DNA of 64,000 nt, from positions 174,938 to 238,937 of IMG/VR virus record IMGVR_UViG_3300030099_004448; one strand, written 5' to 3'. Below the pieces are notes generated by a model, which ran no database searches, was not told the DNA's origin, and worked only from the letters and a program-made list of their open reading frames with translations. The stretch's first letter is position 1. Each line of letters opens with the position of its first letter. This document shows positions 26,720 to 35,209 of this stretch, piece by piece. The translations under genes and the position numbers were made by a program.

Positions 26720-29063
26720 ATATTCCAGATAGTTTAGGATTATATGTTTGAGTAAGATTGGAATTAACTGAAGTTTTTAAAGTAGTATCATAAAGCATAG
26801 ACCGTTTTAGGTCATCTTTAATCACAGCAATATACTCTGGTTTTGGTAATCTGATAATTCTCTTAGCCTCATTACGAGAAACTTCATACTCATAATTGGT
26901 AATTGGTTTTGCAATCTTATTGCCTTTCAGTTCTTGGATAACTCCCTGACTATCCATATATTCAAATGCCTTGGTTAGTTGAAGTTCCCACTGCGTTCCA
27001 CTCCATCTATACACTTTATTATTTGCAGAATATATATCACCAACTTCTGTTACAATCGTTTCTTCTGGTTCAATATCAAATGTAACTACAGGAGGATCAT
27101 AATAATTTTCACCAGGATCTGTAATTGTTACGGATACTAACTCACGACCAATTACTGAAGTAATCCCAGCCGCAGATCTGAATGTTGGAGGTAATCCGAG
27201 TGTTACTTGAGGAGTAACTGTATATCCAAATCCTGCCTGAGTAATATCAAAAGAGGTTACATGGAATCCATTATCACCCTGTGTGAGTATTGCAGTAGCT
27301 GCTGCAGAAACCGCAGTGAAAGGTGTTCCAATAGCTACTGAAGGATTTTCAGTATAACCAAATCCAGTTTGAGTAATACTAAATCCATTAACTCTACCCA
27401 AAGAATCTACAGTACAGATTGCTTTTCCTTTTGATCTATTCTCAAACTGAGCAACCTTATCATCACCCTCACCAACAACCCATAGTGTTTCTTTGTTGTC
27501 TTCTCTCACAAATGCATCCGTAGGTTGATCTGCTCTGTTAGCAACGAAGAAAGTTTCAGAGTTTGTAATGTTACTTAGATCGTATGCAACATCTAAATCA
27601 AATCCATGAATGGATCCAGAGTCTTGACCTACAACATAAAGTTTTTTACCATCATCTCCGAAAGTAAATCCAACCAGATCAAAGTCCTGTACAAGACTGC
27701 CTATATTTGTGGTAGAACCCAATGTTGGACTGGAAAGATTATATGCAGCTGTTAGATTATATGTTTTGATACTATCTGGATTATTACCATCCAGAATAAA
27801 CATTTTTAGTCCATCTCCACTAAATCTAACTCCACCAGGGGCATCTAATGTGAATGATGTTGAATAAATTGCAGTTGATAGATCCCAGGGAACAACTAAC
27901 TGATAATATGCAACCTTCTGAGTTCCACTAAGACCACCAGTTACAAACAAAGCAGCTCCATTATTTGTAACGTCAACACCAGTACAATAAGAGAATTGAC
28001 TACTAGCATCTAAAGTTGGTCCTGCTGCAATAGTCTCAATATCCCATGGGGTGGAGAGATAAAACTCCTTGATTTGGTTTGGACCAGTCATACTGGCCGT
28101 GTAAATCTTGTAACCATCGGGTTTGATTGCCATACCCTCAACGTCACTTCCAACCCCGATTGGAGATTTCTTTCTATATCTTGCACCAACAACATAGTTT
28201 GGTGGTAAACTAATCGTTACTGCAGGTGCAGTCAAACCGTATCCAATACCTGGATCAACTACGGAAACTAAATTAAGTCTACCCGTGGCATTTAGAGTCG
28301 CGATTCCAGTTGCATTTCTAGATGGATATGGTTGAGAAATTGTTACCACGGGAGGAACTCTATATCCTGCACCAGTATTAAATCCAACTGTTGTACTAAA
28401 GCCACTAAGATGGAAATTTTCTATTTCTGCGGTTGCAGTTGCTGCTATAGTCTCTGGTGGTGCTGAAAAACCAATCTTAGGATTTCTGGGATAACCTCTA
28501 CCCCCACTAGAAATTGATGCAGCATTTACAACAAAATCTTCGACAGATGTCAAGATAGTTGCACCTATACCAGGTAAAGTGATTACTGGAAAGGTTACTC
28601 CTGGTGGATTTGTAGTAATTCCTTCATACTGAGGTGCATCATAATAAGACTTATCTACTTCTAAACCACCAGGAACTAATAATCTACCAAAAGCATCGGC
28701 AGTTTGTACAGTTTCGTAGTGATGAATCTCTGTAAGTTTATCTTCATCACCATATTTTTCTATCAAATAATTGTGAAGTTCTGAATTATTCAGAGGCCAA
28801 TCACTATAATAATCTTGAATATTGTTTACGAGTCTTACAACCCAGTCCAATCCAGAATCACCATACACTTTTTGAGCAATTTGTTCTGGTCTTTCATTTT
28901 CTTCTACTTGATAAAAATCAAAAGTGGTGAAGATTGATTCTAAATCATTTCTGAGTTTACTTCTTCTGAATAAATTTTTCGCTACGGTAACTTCATCATT
29001 GGTTTTAGATCCCTTGAATCTGTTAACATATTCTATATTTGGTAGATTTTTGAAATATGCCAT
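26718..29063 (-). CDS. gp53: baseplate wedge gp53 with large internal insertion
   Basis: N-terminal YF..LP.I.Y, ERPE.IA..VYG...LDW, WPL, HHYET; C-terminal TNYEYE...NE.KR.I.L. Confidence 0.82.
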   Translation of the reverse strand: MAYFKNLPNIEYVNRFKGSKTNDEVTVAKNLFRRSKLRNDLESIFTTFDFYQVEENERPEQIAQKVYGDSGLDWVVRLVNNIQDYYSDWPLNNSELHNYLIEKYGDEDKLTEIHHYETVQTADAFGRLLVPGGLEVDKSYYDAPQYEGITTNPPGVTFPVITLPGIGATILTSVEDFVVNAASISSGGRGYPRNPKIGFSAPPETIAATATAEIENFHLSGFSTTVGFNTGAGYRVPPVVTISQPYPSRNATGIATLNATGRLNLVSVVDPGIGYGLTAPAVTISLPPNYVVGARYRKKSPIGVGSDVEGMAIKPDGYKIYTASMTGPNQIKEFYLSTPWDIETIAAGPTLDASSQFSYCTGVDVTNNGAALFVTGGLSGTQKVAYYQLVVPWDLSTAIYSTSFTLDAPGGVRFSGDGLKMFILDGNNPDSIKTYNLTAAYNLSSPTLGSTTNIGSLVQDFDLVGFTFGDDGKKLYVVGQDSGSIHGFDLDVAYDLSNITNSETFFVANRADQPTDAFVREDNKETLWVVGEGDDKVAQFENRSKGKAICTVDSLGRVNGFSITQTGFGYTENPSVAIGTPFTAVSAAATAILTQGDNGFHVTSFDITQAGFGYTVTPQVTLGLPPTFRSAAGITSVIGRELVSVTITDPGENYYDPPVVTFDIEPEETIVTEVGDIYSANNKVYRWSGTQWELQLTKAFEYMDSQGVIQELKGNKIAKPITNYEYEVSRNEAKRIIRLPKPEYIAVIKDDLKRSMLYDTTLKTSVNSNLTQTYNPKLSGI

Positions 29064-29068
29064 GAGTT

Positions 29069-30631
29069 TTAGTAACCGATGTCGTCTAGGTCTTTGTAGT
29101 CATTAAAGTCACCACTATATATCGGAGTTAGTTCACCAAACTCCATGACAATTGTCACAGAAACTGGTTGACCATCATCATATGCTGACCACATTCTATC
29201 TGGAGAATAGTCTGTTGTAAATTTTCTCAATGCACAAGTTTTAAATTTAGGCATTCCTTTATTTTCTTCTTTTCTAGTTGTTCTGAACGATACTCCAAAA
29301 ACATTTGGTGTCTTTAAAAAGAAATTTTGCCCATCGTTGATTTGATTTCTAGGAGACATTCCTTGTTTAAAGAATCGAATAATTCTTCTAATTTCTGCAG
29401 CCTCAGCTTGACTTCTTGCAGTCATTCTGTATGCAAGTCCAAAGTTTCTAAGTAGTGGTGATCTGAATAATAGTTCCATGTTAGGGTTTGGAACAATACC
29501 AGCACCCCTAGCGAGAATAGTTTCTGCTGAAACGTTTATTCCTGCTGCTTTTAATATATTACTTGATACCACAGTACTTAAAAGTTGTTTACCAGATTCG
29601 CTGCTTGTTACTCCTTGAGCAGCGTCAAAAATAGCTTTTGCTGCAATACCTGTTCTTGCACCGCCACCTATTCCCCCTAATCCAAAGGTAGTACCCTGAC
29701 CACCGCCAGTGGCGATATTGACGCCGGCCTGACCCAGCGCCGTGAGGGCGCCCGCGGCCAGATAACCTGTTGTATTACTAAGAACTGATTGTGTTACTCC
29801 AGCAGCAAGAGTGTTCATGGTATCTTCACCATATTTAACTCCTCTCTCTTCTTGGAAACTTTGAGGCATTGGTAATATTACCATACCTTTAGGGTCCTTA
29901 TATCTACCTTCAGCAGCTCCTTGAAGAAGTCCGTCTTTAAAAATGTTTTGAGCGCTTTTACCTTCAATAAATTCTAGTTCATTTGGAGCTTGATAATTAA
30001 ATTGTGTAATTACACATGTATCCATTTTATGTTCTAAATTGCCTTTTAGGGCAATGGGATACACTAATACAGTCTTCTCATCAAATGAAGACCCTGGAGC
30101 GTATTTGTCATTTTGACCTAATTTGTCTAATGCATTTGGAGTATTAACGATTGTTTCTATAGTGCTTCCTAAGTTGAAGCCGGGTAAGAGATTATCAAGT
30201 AAATCAGCAAAATTTCCTATAGAACTACCAGTTGTCTGTGCTGGAGTTTGTGGATTACTACTATTACTGCTTGGGCTGGTTAGTGGATTTTTATTATTTG
30301 AATTAAATGCCTTAGCCCATGGGGGAGCTATATATCCAGCTGGATATACCATTCCCTGTAACAATGCTAGACTCAAAAGTTTCTGTTCTACAGATTTTAA
30401 TTGATCATCTTCTAAACCATAAGAACTAAGCACACTTTGACTAACAAAGTTATTTTTTTGAAAAATATCTGGCGAATTAATGGTTTTCGCATTACCATCT
30501 TTATCCGTATATTCGATAATAGTCGCTTTCCACTCGAAACTTTTATCGTCTAAGGTAATATTATACTTAATTGTTTCACCCTTACTATTCGTAATTTCTT
30601 CTGGAGTGGGCGTTAGATTTTGTATTGCCAC
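29069..30631 (-). CDS. gp48: baseplate tail-tube cap gp48
   Basis: LPMP, NPNMELLF..P.LR.F, I..II.FFK..M.P, P.FKTCAL, G.PV...M.F.EL.PIY. Confidence 0.85.
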   Translation of the reverse strand: MAIQNLTPTPEEITNSKGETIKYNITLDDKSFEWKATIIEYTDKDGNAKTINSPDIFQKNNFVSQSVLSSYGLEDDQLKSVEQKLLSLALLQGMVYPAGYIAPPWAKAFNSNNKNPLTSPSSNSSNPQTPAQTTGSSIGNFADLLDNLLPGFNLGSTIETIVNTPNALDKLGQNDKYAPGSSFDEKTVLVYPIALKGNLEHKMDTCVITQFNYQAPNELEFIEGKSAQNIFKDGLLQGAAEGRYKDPKGMVILPMPQSFQEERGVKYGEDTMNTLAAGVTQSVLSNTTGYLAAGALTALGQAGVNIATGGGQGTTFGLGGIGGGARTGIAAKAIFDAAQGVTSSESGKQLLSTVVSSNILKAAGINVSAETILARGAGIVPNPNMELLFRSPLLRNFGLAYRMTARSQAEAAEIRRIIRFFKQGMSPRNQINDGQNFFLKTPNVFGVSFRTTRKEENKGMPKFKTCALRKFTTDYSPDRMWSAYDDGQPVSVTIVMEFGELTPIYSGDFNDYKDLDDIGY

Positions 30632-30668
30632 GTATATCGATTAATAAGGTCCTTGTTTATTATTTAGA

Positions 30669-31106
30669 CTACTTTGGAGAACGTATAAATTTTGCATAAG
30701 ATATAGAAGTCAATACGGGCAATTCAGTTGAAGTGACTTCATATAAATTACTCTGCATTTCTGCCCAGGTGTAGTTTCTAGGATCTTTGAAGTGTATATT
30801 GTATCCTCGGAATCCCCATCGAAATACTTCTAGACATTCGATCAATGGGTGTTGATCGTACTTAAGATCTCTTGTCTTTGCCTTATATAAAAACGTATAA
30901 TATTTTCCCTGATCGGGCACAGGTGTTACTGTATATTGCAACGCATCCATGATCAACATCATGCGATCTTCTACGTCTTGTTCTGCATTGATTTTATCTT
31001 TAATCGGACTAATCCTATCATCACTCAGAATAGGATCATCACCTTTTCCAATTAGATCTGCAAGGTCTTGTTCTGTTTTTCTTTGTTTTAGAGTCTTTCT
31101 TGGCAT
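30669..31106 (-). CDS. gp2: DNA end protector gp2-like protein
   Basis: G.YY.F.Y.AKT...YD.HPL...GF.G.N.H; adjacent to gp4. Confidence 0.65.
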   Translation of the reverse strand: MPRKTLKQRKTEQDLADLIGKGDDPILSDDRISPIKDKINAEQDVEDRMMLIMDALQYTVTPVPDQGKYYTFLYKAKTRDLKYDQHPLIECLEVFRWGFRGYNIHFKDPRNYTWAEMQSNLYEVTSTELPVLTSISYAKFIRSPK

Positions 31107-31546
31107 TACTTGATACCTAGATCTTTTTCTGTCATGATCTTGAATTCATAGTTTCTATCATCACAGAATTCCTGAGCTGCTTTCCACTTTGCTTGATTAA
31201 CTGCCCAGGTCTTGACTTTATATGCCCACTGTTTCGTCCTTCTTTTAGGATTTTGTTCGGGCATTTCTACTTCTCTTTGTGGTTTTATTTCAATCACCAT
31301 TGATCTTTTTTTACCAAACTTATCAGTATATCGAACAAGGAAGTCTGGATAGTATCGGTGGACTTTATTATCAATAGGAGAGATGTATGGAATACAGAAC
31401 TCTTCGGACTGCCACTGGTTTACATTTTCATTGAGATCACAATATCTCATAAACTTTCGTTCCCAGAGTGAACGATAAACTATATTTGCTGGGTCACCTT
31501 TATACTTTCGGGGATTCTCTGGTCGATATTTTCCCTTATAACTCAT
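31106..31546 (-). CDS. gp4: head completion nuclease gp4
   Basis: KG.Y.P.NP.KYKGD..NI.YRS.WE, HRYYPDF, EIKP, VNQAKW.AA; start reassigned to MSYKG. Confidence 0.92.
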   Translation of the reverse strand: MSYKGKYRPENPRKYKGDPANIVYRSLWERKFMRYCDLNENVNQWQSEEFCIPYISPIDNKVHRYYPDFLVRYTDKFGKKRSMVIEIKPQREVEMPEQNPKRRTKQWAYKVKTWAVNQAKWKAAQEFCDDRNYEFKIMTEKDLGIK

Positions 31547-31579
31547 ATACATAGTATAGATCCTTAAAAAATATTTATA

Positions 31580-32515
31580 GTGGCGGAAAATCTGTACAGA
31601 TATAGAGTTGACCCCCTTAACATTAAGATGACGGACGGCAAATCGTCTGCAGCTCAGGGTAACATCGGCGGTGTTATGGATTACCTGGGCGAGATTGCCA
31701 TGTCCAGTCAATTCAAACTAAATTTATTTTTGAGTGGTACTGGAACGAGTGAAAATGATGATTTGAACTCTTGGTTAAGACAGTGTGGAATATTTGGAGA
31801 TAATGCTAACGATCAACAACTGAAGTATGATCTACTGTGTCATCAAGCTCAGTTGCCAGGAACTCAGTTTGATCTAGCAACAGAAAAAGGTGGATTTCAG
31901 GGAGTTACTGAGACATTCGCAAGAGCCAGACAGTTCACCCAATTTGCAGTTTCATTTTATGTTGATAGTCAGTATAATGTTATTAGATTATTTGAAGAGT
32001 GGATGAATTTTATCAATCCACTTCACGTAACTGGTGGACCAGGTGTGAAGCCTGATTCGGGAAAAATTATTGAGGGTAGTCCTGCAGGAAGTTTGTTTAG
32101 ACAAGAAGCTCAAGAAGGGACAGCCTTTTTTAGGATGAGATATCCAGAAGCTTATAAGAAAAATATCACTATTACTAAGTTTGAAAGAAATGCTGGATTT
32201 CATTTGGGTAAGAATAGTATATACCCATATGAACAACAAAGTAGACAACTGACTTATCAATTTATTAATGCATTCCCCATTCAAATTGCTGCAGTTAATT
32301 TAAACTATGGTGGAAGTGAAATTGCAAAAGTCGATGTTGTCTTTAATTATGATCGATATACTACTATGAAACATGATCCTGGTAGACAAGTTTCAGTACC
32401 ACAGAATTTGACTATAGAAAGTTTAACACAACTACAGGGACTACCAGGATTCGCTATTGGAGATTTCTTAGACCAAGATGGTAACCCTCTGGGCGGATCC
32501 CAAAATATTGGATAA
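31580..32515 (+). CDS. gp54: baseplate tail-tube initiator gp54-like
   Basis: C..A.LPG, F.VD..Y.V.R.FE.W, F.NAFP, V.F.Y tail-tube fold motifs; position. Confidence 0.7.
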   Translation: MAENLYRYRVDPLNIKMTDGKSSAAQGNIGGVMDYLGEIAMSSQFKLNLFLSGTGTSENDDLNSWLRQCGIFGDNANDQQLKYDLLCHQAQLPGTQFDLATEKGGFQGVTETFARARQFTQFAVSFYVDSQYNVIRLFEEWMNFINPLHVTGGPGVKPDSGKIIEGSPAGSLFRQEAQEGTAFFRMRYPEAYKKNITITKFERNAGFHLGKNSIYPYEQQSRQLTYQFINAFPIQIAAVNLNYGGSEIAKVDVVFNYDRYTTMKHDPGRQVSVPQNLTIESLTQLQGLPGFAIGDFLDQDGNPLGGSQNIG

Positions 32516-32539
32516 ATAAAATTACTGAGTTGAAATTCT

Positions 32540-33268
32540 ATGCCATTACCTAAGATTGCTGCGCCAACTTATGAGTTGACCCTACCCTCTACAGGAAAAA
32601 AAGTTAAGTATAGACCTTTTCTGGTCAAAGAAGAAAAAGTCTTGATTCTCGCTCTAGAAAGTCAAGACGTGAAACAAATTACCATGGCAATCAAACAAGT
32701 ATTGTCTGAGTGTATTCAAACTAGAGGTATCAAAGTAGAAGAACTTCCTTCATTTGATATTGAATATCTATTCTTGAATGTTCGTGGTAAATCAGTCGGA
32801 GAAGCAATCGAATTGATTGTTACCTGTCAAGATGATGGTGAGACCGAAGTACCTGTCAAAATTTATGTTGACCAAGTAGATATTCAGTTTGAAGAAGATC
32901 ATTCACCAGAAATTAAGTTGGATGATTCTGTTGTATTGAAAATGAAATATCCATCATTGGACCAATTCATTAAAAACAATTTTGACTTTAATGAACAAGA
33001 ATCGGTCAGTACTATTGAAAAATCATTTGAAATTATTGCTGAGTGCATCGATACTATCTTCACTGAAGAAGATGCTTGGTCCGCTAAAGACTGCACCAAG
33101 AAAGAACTATTAGAGTTTATTGAAGGAATGAATTCTTCACAGTTTAAGATGGTTGAAAAGTTTTTTGAAACCATGCCAAAATTGAGTCACACATTTACAG
33201 TGAAGAATCCTAAGACCAAGAAAGAAAATACTGTAACGCTGGAGGGGTTGACGAGTTTTTTCGGTTGA
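32540..33268 (+). CDS. gp26: baseplate hub assembly protein gp26-like (putative tail assembly chaperone)
   Basis: MPLPKI..PTYEL.LPS, YRPFLVKEEK, FDIEYLFL..R.KSVGE, FFETMPKL, LEGL.SFF. Confidence 0.9.
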   Translation: MPLPKIAAPTYELTLPSTGKKVKYRPFLVKEEKVLILALESQDVKQITMAIKQVLSECIQTRGIKVEELPSFDIEYLFLNVRGKSVGEAIELIVTCQDDGETEVPVKIYVDQVDIQFEEDHSPEIKLDDSVVLKMKYPSLDQFIKNNFDFNEQESVSTIEKSFEIIAECIDTIFTEEDAWSAKDCTKKELLEFIEGMNSSQFKMVEKFFETMPKLSHTFTVKNPKTKKENTVTLEGLTSFFG

Positions 33269-33306
33269 TAATGTCTCATATCAATCTTGAGGCATACTTT
33301 AAGATT
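33241..33306 (+). promoter_or_regulatory. putative -1 programmed ribosomal frameshift cassette
   Basis: GGAGG 33241-45; T_TTT_TTC 33256-62; 8-bp stem 33271-78/33288-95; loop AATCT pairs with AGATT 33302-06. Confidence 0.55.
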
Positions 33307-33450
33307 AACTTCGCTTTGATGCAGTTCCATAAATACAGCTTGACTGAGATCGAAAATATGATGCCTTGGGAAAGAGACATTTATCTTGCCCTATTGAGAG
33401 CTCACATTGAAGAAGAAAACCTAAAGGCACAACAAGCTAATGGCGGTTAG
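33271..33450 (+). CDS. gp51: gp51-like baseplate hub assembly protein (possible -1 frameshift extension of gp26)
   Basis: NFALMQ.HKYSLTEIENMMPWERDIY. Confidence 0.85.
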   Translation: MSHINLEAYFKINFALMQFHKYSLTEIENMMPWERDIYLALLRAHIEEENLKAQQANGG

Positions 33451-35209
33451 TAACTTACCAAATCTAAGTGTAGCAGCTCCTAGTTCTACTGGGAAAATAT
33501 CTCCACAGAGTATATCTGGAGGTCAGACCTTAGGTTCTGGTGTAGTTGAAAGTGCCGCTAACAATATTACAGGATTTAAGAGAGCAGGAACATCTGCCGT
33601 ATCACCAAAAGTTCCCAATATTGCAGCTCTTCTTCAAAGTATTTCTTCTAGTATTATCAGTAACGTAGAGAATATAACGAGTGGTGTTAAGAATGTAATT
33701 CAAGGCGGAATTACTAACGTAACAAATGTATTTGGTAGAAAAGAATCTGAGGAAGATCCGAATAAAATAATGTCGGAGTTCTTAGGACTCTACCAAAAGG
33801 CATTAGATTATATTAAATTCTTTGCAGATCCTAAACAGATACAAGGATTTGATAAAGCGATTAAATTATACCAAGATAGTTTAAAATCTACAGGAGATAC
33901 TGTAGTTACTATCAGGAAGTTCATCAAAAAGATGATCAAAGACTTCCTAAAATTAAAGAATGAACTTGCCAATATGGGAGGTGGTGGTGGTTTTAGATTA
34001 CCACGATTGCCCTTACCAGGAAGACAACCACGTCAACCCAGAGGACCCGCACGCCGACCTAGAACTAGGATGCCTAGAGGTAGAGGTGGTAAATTAGGCC
34101 TGGGATTATTGGGTCTAGGATTACTTGGTAGTGGCGCAATGGCTGCTAATAAGTTTATTGGTGGAAATGAGGAAAAACAACAAACGTCAGAAGGAATAAG
34201 TGGAGAACTCATTACAAAATTTGATGGTGTATTAGAAAAATTTGATCAAGCTATTGCTACTTTGGAGAATTTAACCGCATCAGCTGCAGGTGGTGGTGAT
34301 GGTAAACCCAAAAAAGTTAAAGATGGTGGTCCTAGAGGTGATGATCTTCTTCCTATGACTTCCGACTTTGATGCATCAAAAATAAAAGATGCATTTAACA
34401 CAGGATTGGTAACAGGTCCTAAAGGTCGGATAGGTCGTGGTACTGAATATCATATTGACTCTCAGTTTAGTAGTGATCTTCCTATGGAGGATATAGTTAA
34501 AATGGTGGATCAAATGGCACTAGCATATGATGCAATGGGTCGTGAAATGGAATTCTCTAACGCCGCGGTGGCAGATAAGATTTATAATCCTAACGCTAGT
34601 TTAGAAGAAAAAAGTGCGCTTTTAATGGACGTATTTAAAGCACATAATCTTCCCAGAGGACGAAAACTTGATGGAAAACATGGATTCTATCAAATGGATT
34701 ATTTTGTTCCTTTCAAAGGCAAAGGAAGAGGACATGAGAGTGCGGAAAGTGCTCCATTACTTTTGCCATTTCTACAAGACGGTAGTGTACGATATGAGAA
34801 GTCTGGTAGTTATGGTGCATCTGCTGATTTGATTGATTCCGAAGGAAAAGTTCGAGCGAGGGTTGGACATGGTGATGTTCGAGGTGCTAAATCTGGAACT
34901 ATTGACCTTTCTACAGTAAGACCATTCAGTCAACAAGTTCAACCAGTTGAAGAAGTAAAACCAGATCCCAAAGCACAAGAAGTAAGTCGTGCTGATCCAC
35001 AATCAACAAGTTTTATCCAACAAGTACCTGGATCAAATAGTGTTGCGGTCATACCCGCTTCTGATAGTTCTCAACCACAAACGCAGACACAACCACCACC
35101 TGCACTTGTAGCATCATCAGTAGAAAATATTAATTTTAATTTGACAGTTGAAAATCCTGATAATTTCTTTCCACTTTCGGCTAAACAAATGCTTAATATC
35201 GTAGGATAA
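33440..35209 (+). CDS. tape-measure-like virion protein with possible M23-like peptidase domain
   Basis: Helical N-part, RG-rich/Gly-zipper segment, YHID...SYG...VGH; position after gp26/51. Confidence 0.55.
   Translation: MAVSNLPNLSVAAPSSTGKISPQSISGGQTLGSGVVESAANNITGFKRAGTSAVSPKVPNIAALLQSISSSIISNVENITSGVKNVIQGGITNVTNVFGRKESEEDPNKIMSEFLGLYQKALDYIKFFADPKQIQGFDKAIKLYQDSLKSTGDTVVTIRKFIKKMIKDFLKLKNELANMGGGGGFRLPRLPLPGRQPRQPRGPARRPRTRMPRGRGGKLGLGLLGLGLLGSGAMAANKFIGGNEEKQQTSEGISGELITKFDGVLEKFDQAIATLENLTASAAGGGDGKPKKVKDGGPRGDDLLPMTSDFDASKIKDAFNTGLVTGPKGRIGRGTEYHIDSQFSSDLPMEDIVKMVDQMALAYDAMGREMEFSNAAVADKIYNPNASLEEKSALLMDVFKAHNLPRGRKLDGKHGFYQMDYFVPFKGKGRGHESAESAPLLLPFLQDGSVRYEKSGSYGASADLIDSEGKVRARVGHGDVRGAKSGTIDLSTVRPFSQQVQPVEEVKPDPKAQEVSRADPQSTSFIQQVPGSNSVAVIPASDSSQPQTQTQPPPALVASSVENINFNLTVENPDNFFPLSAKQMLNIVG

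Noticed and set aside
31547-31711. N-terminal extension of gp4 in the ORF track
   Set aside because: Overlaps the divergent gp54 gene and lies upstream of the TATAAATA late promoter at 31572-79; the conserved start is MSYKG
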